Shown here one piece after another: positions 22,249 to 30,696 of a DNA stretch of 64,000 nt. The position numbers and the translations under genes were made by a program. Under the pieces are notes generated by a model, which worked only from the letters and a program-made list of their open reading frames with translations, did not search any database and was not told where the DNA came from. The stretch spans positions 1,024,001 through 1,088,000 of the forward strand of contig CBDANS010000007.1 of the NCBI GenBank assembly GCA_965197745.1, in the 5' to 3' direction. This stretch comes from Opitutales bacterium. GTDB taxonomy: Bacteria > Verrucomicrobiota > Verrucomicrobiia > Opitutales > PNEW01. The stretch's first letter is position 1. The number at the start of each line of letters is the position of its first letter.

Positions 22249-22985
22249 AGGTGGAACGCGCTGTCCCTAGCGCGTTCGATTATGTTGTAATAAAAGAAGC
22301 GTGCTAGGGACAGCCCGCTCCACCATGGGATGCAAGATTTATGATGTAATATTGATTAATCTTCAGGACGAGGACGAAGATGACCCTAATCAACTATACC
22401 ATAAGGCTCCAGCATGTCGACCATAGCCTCGGCCACGACGAAGCGTGGCCCTCCAGAAATTGTATAAGAGAAAGGGCCAATATGGAACATGCGAGTCCAA
22501 ATGAAATGGAGGGCCACGCTCCGTCGTGGCCGTAACCATCATTTATAATGTGAATAATAAATGATACACATGTTAAAACGGACGCAACGGAGTGCGTCCC
22601 TCCAGAAAAAAAATGGAGGGCCACGCGTTGTCGTGGCCGCTGTGTAGAATGAGCTATAATTCTATATATAATTAAAGTACTAAAACCCTGCCCAGACGAA
22701 GCTTACTGTTTATCAAGATACAAGAATACATCGTTATCATCTTCGTCCCTCTTTTCATTGCGAGGAGTGAAGCGACGAAGCAATCCAGGCGGTTAAGGTT
22801 ACGCTACAGACATTCCCCTGGATCGCCGCAGTCAGCTGCGACTTCTTCGCGATGACAAAAATGGATTGAATCACAGCAAGGGGTGAAGCTCGACATGTCC
22901 AAAATTGCCTATCACCTCAACAGCGCGTTCCACCATGAGTTTTAAGTAATTGAAGAGGCAGACGAAGACGAAGATGATCCTAATT
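22249..22985. repeat. Intergenic palindrome field (GGTGGAACGCGCTG pair, REP copies, RPE-like pair)
   Basis: ggtggaacgcgctgtccctagcgcg...cgtgctagggacagcccgctccacc; REP copies at 22430-22640; RPE-like pair at 22756-22857. Confidence 0.8.
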
Positions 22986-22991
22986 ATTTAT

Positions 22992-24728
22992 TTATTTTCG
23001 CTTCGGGGCTACATGCTCCTTATACAAGTGGGGGCCGGAAGTAATGTTCCATCTCGTGTTGTAAAATACTCCAAGGTCAACATCGGTCAATATAGGGTAG
23101 GGTTCTTTTCTGCTTTCATCTAATACTAGTGATATGATATTTCTCCCTTGATGGAATAAAGTAAGATCGTCAATTTGCATCTGCCAGAATGCCTGGGCTG
23201 GAGGTGTTATGGCGGATTCTGCAATTATCGAAACCGAGCTTTCGACCTTAGGATCACGAATTTCAGTGAGATGAACACTTGCCGGGCCATAAAATAATTG
23301 TTGTCCGTTAACTTTGACCGTTATTTTTTGATCGGGATCAAGTTCACGAAATCCCAGTCTTAAACCCGTATACCGCAAATCGAATACTGTTGATCTGTCT
23401 TTAAAATCTTCTCCGATCAACAGACTGAAATCATAGGTATTATTACCCTTTAATTCTACTGAGAGTTGCCTGTCATATATTTCAGGTTCTTCTCTATCCT
23501 GATAGTACCCATGGGTAATACGATAAACCTTAGACTGACGATTGAGACTGGCAGGGCTGTAAAAGTAGGGGAGTAACCGGGGATCTCCCGTTCCCATATT
23601 AAAGGTATACATGCCCTCAACACCCAGGGCCCAATAGTTGGATGCCGCTGCGCGCATCAATTCCGGTGTAATTCTATTCGTTGGTTTTGTTGCGTAAGTG
23701 TCGGAAGAGGGATTTTCGCTGAATGGATACGCCCAACCCATTGTTTGATTAAGGCTGGGGTATACGACACTGCCTGCGTTGTGTGCGAGGGTTATGATAG
23801 CTTCTATCTGCATATCAAAGGTGGTTCCCATCCTCGGGGCGGGAATGAGAACATCAACCAGCTGTTTCTCCATCCAACTTCGAATATCCAGGCCGATCCA
23901 ATCGCATCGCTTTAATGAAGACGCGATGCGGGCCATGAGATAGTATTTCTTTCCATTTTTCTCTCCCACGCTATTGAGACGACGGCGCGCTTTTTCAACC
24001 AGGTCGGTAATAAGGTGACTTTTTTCAAAGCCTTCATTGTAAGGGAAGTAATAAAAGGAGCGTGTAAAATCCAACTCTACACCGTCCATTAAGTCCTGGT
24101 AACGATCGATAACTTCATAAATAACTTCCAGACGATGCTGGCGGACTTCTTCGTGACTGTAATCAAGCAGGTTAGCATAGTTCGGATTGCTTTTTAATGG
24201 AGACTCCCCATTCGCTCCTATCCTGAGATGGGGATTTTGCATCCAGAACTTGCCCGTCGTCGGGTTATTAGGGGGATCAATGTTAACAAAATGGCCGTCA
24301 TTCATACGATAACTGGGAAAGAAATAAAGACCAAGCTCCCTGGCGCGTTCACCGGCTACGCGCGGACCATCAAAACCCGCTTTGACCAATGCTTTTCCTG
24401 ATCGCACCCTGAAGTTGAAAAATGGATGGCTGTCCATTGAGGTTTCTCTCCATCCCCAATGCACACCGACCTTTGAAGGATACTGTAAAAGGTCGGAGGT
24501 TGAGCACACACAATAGGCAAGGGTCCTCAACGGTTTACCCGCGGCGGTATCGATATGATATTCAATTCTACGGGCTGCTGTATTCGGATCTAGGCTGCTA
24601 AATGTGATCCCTCCATCAATATTAAAGATTACCCCGAAGTCCGGGAGTGCATTTTGTGTTTCAGCCGTGGACAGGTTGAGTGGGAGAGTAATTAAAAAGA
24701 CAATGATACATTTATTCAGTACATTCAT
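22992..24728 (-). CDS. Secreted protein with putative glycoside-hydrolase-like TIM barrel (GHL10-like)
   Basis: Signal-peptide-like N-terminus; PSYRMNDGH, LDYSHEEVR, DGVELDF, GVEGMYTFN. Confidence 0.65.
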   Translation of the reverse strand: MNVLNKCIIVFLITLPLNLSTAETQNALPDFGVIFNIDGGITFSSLDPNTAARRIEYHIDTAAGKPLRTLAYCVCSTSDLLQYPSKVGVHWGWRETSMDSHPFFNFRVRSGKALVKAGFDGPRVAGERARELGLYFFPSYRMNDGHFVNIDPPNNPTTGKFWMQNPHLRIGANGESPLKSNPNYANLLDYSHEEVRQHRLEVIYEVIDRYQDLMDGVELDFTRSFYYFPYNEGFEKSHLITDLVEKARRRLNSVGEKNGKKYYLMARIASSLKRCDWIGLDIRSWMEKQLVDVLIPAPRMGTTFDMQIEAIITLAHNAGSVVYPSLNQTMGWAYPFSENPSSDTYATKPTNRITPELMRAAASNYWALGVEGMYTFNMGTGDPRLLPYFYSPASLNRQSKVYRITHGYYQDREEPEIYDRQLSVELKGNNTYDFSLLIGEDFKDRSTVFDLRYTGLRLGFRELDPDQKITVKVNGQQLFYGPASVHLTEIRDPKVESSVSIIAESAITPPAQAFWQMQIDDLTLFHQGRNIISLVLDESRKEPYPILTDVDLGVFYNTRWNITSGPHLYKEHVAPKRK

Positions 24729-24761
24729 TGGGATCGTTGAGTATTATGGAAATTGGTAAAG

Positions 24762-25290
24762 CTTCGTCATCGTCTGCCTCTTCGTCAACGTCCCTTTAAT
24801 TATTTACAATAATATTGAGGTGGAACGCGCTGCTTGTCCGACATAGTCCCGCCACCGCGGGACGACGGCTGGTCCCTAGCGCGTTTGATTATGTTGTAAT
24901 AGAAGAAGCGTGCTAGGGAACAGCCGTCGCTGTATATTGCTAGGCTATGGCCGTCAGGCAGCCCGCTCCACCTTGGGATGCAGGACATATGATTCAAATT
25001 AGTTAAATGATTCTGGACGCAGACGAAGATTATTATCCATTAACATACCCATTGCTTACGCAGAGGACTAATTATGTGTAGCCCCCTCCCCGGGGTTTCG
25101 TCGTTAAGATAATCATATTTCCAAACGGACGCGACGGAGCGTGGCCCTCCAAAAAAGATTAAATGGAGGGCCACGCTCCGTCGTGGCCGCAAAGAAGCAG
25201 GAAAAAACGAAAAATTATTTTGAAATATTGAATCAGTATTATTTATAAAATCATTCATTTACAGAATAAGAAGACGAAGAGGCAGAACCG
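24762..25290. repeat. Intergenic palindrome field including a doubly mini-inserted palindrome (24819-24972) and a REP pair (25126-25190)
   Basis: Matches 22250-22324 except for two ~40-nt inserts. Confidence 0.8.
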
Positions 25291-25659
25291 ACTATGGACG
25301 GGACTTAGAAATGCCTTATAAGTTGTTTATTAATAATAAATTACACTTAAATAGTGATATTAAAACAATTTATGTTTTCCTTTGATTTCCTGGCATTGCC
25401 TCAAAATGTTTGGCAGGAATGGGCAGGAATCATACTTTTTTTGGGAGGTTCAGCCAGGAACCGGGCAAGAAATTTCAAGCGAATTTAATAATGTCGATTA
25501 AGTTGCACCATGTCATGAAAAACAATAAATTTATACGCCCTGTAGTGGCACCTCCAAATTTCCCGGTGAAGCCGATTCAGTCAGACTCAGATTTAAACCT
25601 CTACAATATGTAATGCTATAATAGCATTTTGATGTGAATTGAACCTGCCCTTATGTAAC

Positions 25660-27010
25660 TGGAGTGACCCCCAAAAATGGTATCATTAACAGAGAGAGGT
25701 TATCGGGATAAACAGATAACCTCAATGAAAAGAAAAAGATATACAACAGAACAGATCATAGCAATACTGCGGCAGCCCGATACGGGCAAAACCGTGCAGG
25801 AAGTCTGCCACGGCAACAACCTAAGTGAACAGACCTTCTATCGCTGGGGCAAAAAGTATGGCAACTTGGAGCTGGCTGATGCGAAGCGATTTAAAGAGCT
25901 GGAAAAGGAGAATACGGAGCTGAAGAAGATGCTCGCTGATCAAATGCTCAAGCTTCGGGTGTTGGAGGAAACGCTCTCAAAAAAATGGTGAGCCCAAAGC
26001 AGAAGAAGCGAGCAGTAAAAGATGCGGCTGAGAAGGGGCTGTGCTCGTTTTAGAGGGCTTGTGCTTATCTCAGCCTCAGTTGGTCAACGTACAGCTACCG
26101 ACCCAAGCAGGCCAGTAAGAAGGCTCAGCAATTGGCCGAGCGGATTTTGACCTTGTCCTGGGAACATCCCCGTTACGGTTACCGGCGCATTCGTGCCTTG
26201 CTGGTGAAAGAAGGTTGGGCGGCAAGCAGGAAATTTGTACAGGCAGTGCGACGTTCTTCGGGCTTACAGGTAAAGCCACCAAAAAAGCGTAGACACCGTC
26301 AGGGGATCTCTACTGGGCTCCCTACTAAAGCAACCGGTCGCAATCACGTCTGGTCCTGGGACTTTGTCCATGATCGTACAGACAATGGCGGTATGCTAAA
26401 GATGATGACCTTGATCGATGTACCGAGGAGCTGAAAGCGACGACACTCAAGCGAAGCGAAGACATATACGCGTAAATGTTTACGCATCCGGGTAGCTCGA
26501 CAGCTCACCTCAACCGATGTTCTCTCGGTACTCAGCGAAACCATCGATGAAGAGGGAGTTCCTAGCTATATCCGCAGTGACAACGGCAGTGTTCCGAGGA
26601 GCGAAGCGACGACATGCGAAGCCATTCATTGCTCATCAGGTGCAGCAGTGGTTGTCCGACAAAAAGATCAAGGCGATATATATCGATCCGGGCAGTCCCT
26701 GGCAAAACGGTTTCATCGAGTCGTTTCACAACCGCTTACGCGATGAGTGTTTGAACCGTGAAGTGTTGCTCAGCGTGGCTGAAGCACAAGTTGTAATAGA
26801 ACAATGGCGTCAGACCTATAACAATGAACATCCCCACAGTCGATTAGGCTTTAAAAGCCCACAAGAGTTTGTCACATTCCTTTCCGCTCTTGGCCGCGTT
26901 CGGGCTACGCCCTCACTGCGCCAAGATCTCTCATATACATCAATCCTAAAACCATTAATACCCGGTAACTCTCTCACATAATAATTGGTACGAAAAACGG
27001 GGTCCAATCA
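25660..27010 (+). mobile_element. IS3-family element, copy 1 (orfA 25725-25991; orfB disrupted)
   Basis: Ends TGGAGTGACCCC... and ...GGGGTCCAATCA; orfA MKRKRYTTEQII; A-run frameshift window CAAAAAAATGG; orfB RYGYRR, WSWDF, PGSPWQNGFIESF. Confidence 0.92.
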
Positions 27011-27049
27011 TAAGTGCTTAATAATTAATATAAAGTATTAATATATAAG

Positions 27050-27080
27050 TGGTTCCAGTGGGAGAGTTGAACTCCTATCC
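27050..27080 (-). other. Degenerate tmRNA/tRNA 3'-end-like sequence (possible att relic)
   Basis: Minus strand GGATAGGAGTTCAACTCTCCCACTGGAACCA: T-loop GTTCAA and CCA end, with no 5' half present. Confidence 0.45.
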
Positions 27081-27114
27081 AAAGGCACTATACTTGGATT
27101 TTGTCTAGAGTTAG

Positions 27115-27211
27115 CTACCAATTTTATACCAATATCTACCAATTTGGTAGAATTGGTTGACTTTTTTTGGATTAACTACCAATTTGGTAGATATTGGTAT
27201 AAAATTGGCAG
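27115..27211. repeat. Long inverted repeat built of TACCAA units upstream of the Fic gene
   Basis: ctaccaattttataccaatatctaccaa vs reverse complement of ttggtagatattggtataaaattggcag (1 mismatch). Confidence 0.85.
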
Positions 27212-27239
27212 TTATAACACCATACACTTGAAGGACATA

Positions 27240-28583
27240 ATGAGAATCCCACAATCACCAAAGCCTTTTTTGGACATTATTAGTAAAATTAGTAAATCTG
27301 GTCTTGATAAATTTAGGAAAATTCTCTCAGAAGAATCAGAACCTTTAACTGCTGAAGAATACATTCACTGGGATGATCTTCGCAGACGTATCCCCCCCAA
27401 AAACTTGCCTCACGAAGAATGGTGGGCGGCCATAAAATTCAAAAGAATGTCTACTTTAAAAGAAATTCCTTTAAAAGACAAAAAAGGTAACGATTTTCTT
27501 TTTACTACACCTGAAATGGTTAATGAGCAGTTGCATAACATCGATATGTATTCTGGTGGAATGGTTGCAATGGGAGAGCCTATAACGAACCCACAAACTC
27601 GTGATAAATATCTCGTCAACTCACTTATTCAGGAGGCAATTACATCCAGTCAACTTGAAGGCGCGGCAACTACGCGAGAAGTGGCTAAAGAAATGATTCG
27701 GAGCGGTAGATCACCAAGGGATAAAAGTGAACAAATGATATTTAATAATTATTTTACAATGCAACGAATCATTGAACTAAAAAATCAACCATTAAGTTTG
27801 GAACTTATATTTAATCTACATAAATTAGTAACAGATAAAACACTAGATGATCCTACAGCAGCAGGACGATTTCGTAATACTGATGAAAACATATATCTTG
27901 AAGATTCATATGGTGAAACTGTCCATATTCCTCCCGCGGCAGACGAGCTTATTGATAGAATCAATTTGATGTGTAAATTTGCGAATGAAAAGGGGGGGAA
28001 GTATTTCATACATCCTGTAGTTCGTGCGATTATATTACACTTTTGGCTAGCATATGATCATCCGTTTATTGATGGAAATGGGAGAACAGCGAGAGCATTA
28101 TTTTACTGGGCTATGCTTAATAAGGAATATTGGCTATTTGAATACATTTCGATTTCGCAAATTCTGATAAAAGCTCCAATTAAATATGCGCGGTCATTTC
28201 TCCTTACCGAAACTGATGAAAACGATACAACATATTTTATAATATACCAAATAGAGGTAATAAAAAGAGCCATTAAACTTTTAAAATCTTATATTAAAAA
28301 TAAAACTAAGGAAATTAGCGAAACTGAAATATTGTTAAAAGATATAGAATCACTTAATCACCGGCAATATTCAATTATAAGCCATGCTTTACGTCATCCA
28401 CGTCACAGATATACTATATCTAGTCATCGAAAAAGTCATAATGTTGCTTATGATACAGCAAGGCATGATCTTTTGAAGTTATCTAATTTAGGGTTTCTTA
28501 ATCAGAAAAAAATGGGTAAGAAAATATTATTTGATGTTAAAGATAATTTATTAGACGTCATCAGAGATACGTCATCAGAGTGA
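27240..28583 (+). CDS. Fic family protein
   Basis: HPFIDGNGRTAR Fic motif, SSQLEG inhibitory-type motif, C-terminal wHTH-like region; RBS AAGGA before ATG 27240. Confidence 0.93.
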   Translation: MRIPQSPKPFLDIISKISKSGLDKFRKILSEESEPLTAEEYIHWDDLRRRIPPKNLPHEEWWAAIKFKRMSTLKEIPLKDKKGNDFLFTTPEMVNEQLHNIDMYSGGMVAMGEPITNPQTRDKYLVNSLIQEAITSSQLEGAATTREVAKEMIRSGRSPRDKSEQMIFNNYFTMQRIIELKNQPLSLELIFNLHKLVTDKTLDDPTAAGRFRNTDENIYLEDSYGETVHIPPAADELIDRINLMCKFANEKGGKYFIHPVVRAIILHFWLAYDHPFIDGNGRTARALFYWAMLNKEYWLFEYISISQILIKAPIKYARSFLLTETDENDTTYFIIYQIEVIKRAIKLLKSYIKNKTKEISETEILLKDIESLNHRQYSIISHALRHPRHRYTISSHRKSHNVAYDTARHDLLKLSNLGFLNQKKMGKKILFDVKDNLLDVIRDTSSE

Positions 28584-29927
28584 TCGGACCCCGTTATTCG
28601 TACCAGTTTAAGTGAGAAAGTTACCGGGTGTTAATGATTTTAGGATTGATGTGTTGGAGAGGTCTTGGCGAAGTGAGGGCGTAGCCCGAACGCGGCCAAG
28701 ATCTGAAAGGAATCAGACAAACTCTAGTGAGCTTCTAAAGCCTAAAGGACTGTGGAGATGTTCATAGTTATAAGTCTGACGCCATTGTTCGATTACTACT
28801 TGCGCTTCAGTCACGCTAAGCAACACTTCACGATTTAAATATCCATCGCGTATGCAGTTATGAAGCGACTCGATGAAACTGTTTGTTATTCTCGATCTAG
28901 TTCGTTGAAGTGTCGCTTAGCTCTGTAGCCAGGGACTGCCCGGATCGAAATATATCACCTTGATGTTTTGTCGGTCAACCACTGTTGCACTTGATGAGCG
29001 ATGAATGGCTTCGCATGTCGTCGCTTCGCTCCTCGGAACACTGCCGTTGTCACTATGGATATAGCTGAGAGTTCACTCTCTTTCAATGGCCTCGCTATTG
29101 AACAGAGAGAACATCGTTTGAGGTGGGCTGTCTAGCTACCCGGAGACGCAAACATCTACGTGTGTATTCATCGATTAGAGTCATCATCTTTAATGGACTG
29201 CCATTATCAGTTCGATCATGGACAAAGTCCCAGGACCAGACGTGATTGCGATCATTTGCTTTAGTGAGACACTCTGTTGAGACTCCTTGACGATGTCTAC
29301 GTTTTTCGGTGGCTTAACCTGCAGACCCTCTGAACGTCGCACCGTATGAACAAACTTCCTGCTTGTTGTCCAGCCTTCCTTTACGAGCAAGGCACGGATA
29401 CGCCGGTAACCGTAGCGGGGATGTTCCCAGGACAAGGGTACAATCCACTCGGCCAACCGCTGAGCTTCCTGCTGCCCTGCTTGGGCTGGTATCTGTAAGT
29501 TAAACAAGCTGAAGCTGAGATAAGCACAAGCCCTCTAAAACGAGCACAGTCCTTTCTCAGCCGCATCTTTTACTACTCGCTCCTTCTGCTTTGGGCTCAC
29601 CCCTTTTTTGACCGCGTTTCTTCCATTACCTGACTCTTGAGCATTTGATCAGCAAGCAACTTCTTCAGCGCGGTGTTTTCTTTTCCCAACTCCTTAAATC
29701 GCTTCGCATCGGCCAGTTCTAAATTGCCATACTTTTTACCCCAGCGATAGAAAGTCAGTTCACTTACGTTGTTGCTACGGCAGATTTCCTGAACCTTTTT
29801 ACCGGTAACGGCTTGCCGCAGTATTGCGATGATCTGTTCTGTTGTGTATCTTTTTCTTTTCATTAAGCTTATCCGTTTATCCCCATAACCTCTCTCTGTT
29901 AATGATTCGATTTTTTGGGTCACTCCA
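28581..29927 (-). mobile_element. IS3-family element, copy 2 (decayed, related to copy 1, inverted)
   Basis: Ends TGATCGGACCCCG and GGGTCACTCCA; orfA MKRKRYTTEQII; orfB with multiple lesions. Confidence 0.9.
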
Positions 29928-30390
29928 CCTACATGCACACCTTTTCCAACTGAGCAGTCGAGAATTGGAGGCTGAGAGGAGAGATTGCCAAGGCCGTCCG
30001 GCAATTGTGCTACCGGATGCGGGGCTATGATCGGAAAGCAGAGAAGTATGGGGTTATATTCGTATTCAGGACACCACTTGGGAGGGAATCTCCTTTACTT
30101 TCGCTACCGAAGGGCTGACAAACCTGGATGATTATGTGCTGAAAGCCTGCCTGGAAATCGCTGAGCCGCTGCTTGCGCGGTTTTTGCAGAAGGGACATAG
30201 AATTCGTGGTATCGGGCTACATACGATTGAAATGGATGCGACCAACCAGCTTGAACTCTTTTTTCGCGAAGACGAAAAGTTAGCGCGGATGTACTTCGCG
30301 GTGGACAAATCAACAACCGCTTTGGCCTCGACACCATCATGCAGGCTTCCATGAAGTACGCCGTTAAGGGAAAAACTCATTTTCTGGAAC
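29928..30390 (+). pseudogene. C-terminal remnant of a Y-family DNA polymerase (DinB-like), cut by IS3 copy 2
   Basis: YMHTF...VRQLCYRMR...RIRGIGL...QLELF...AVD/INNRFG across frameshifts. Confidence 0.65.
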
Positions 30391-30696
30391 GGAATGTTTA
30401 AAGCAATGATCGTTCTTTTTTACTTCGATTGATTATTGAACTGATCGAAAATGTGGCATGATGGTTTTATTTCGCCAGATCGATGCTCTTGTCAGTATTA
30501 CCCTATTTCTTCAGCTTGTCGTTATCTCTCCCACTGGTTTGTAAGAAACGGGTTCTCACGTTAAAAAGCAGCAACATAAAAAAGAGAGGGAGTTTAAGTA
30601 TTTTTTGGTATTTAATAGGCATGAATAATTTCAACTATAGCGCTCGTCTGTAATTTGATAATGGTTAGGTTGGAACTCTAACCTAACCGACAAGTA

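Noticed and set aside
25612..25640. Second dif site at palindrome AATGCTATAATAGCATT
   Set aside because: Arm spacing does not fit 11-6-11; it is kept only as an unexplained palindrome.
26421..26463. Hammerhead ribozyme in insert B
   Set aside because: It lacks the CUGANGA...GAAA core and the three stems.
27050..27080. Functional tRNA or tmRNA gene
   Set aside because: Only a degenerate 3' end is present, with no 5' acceptor strand, D arm or anticodon arm.
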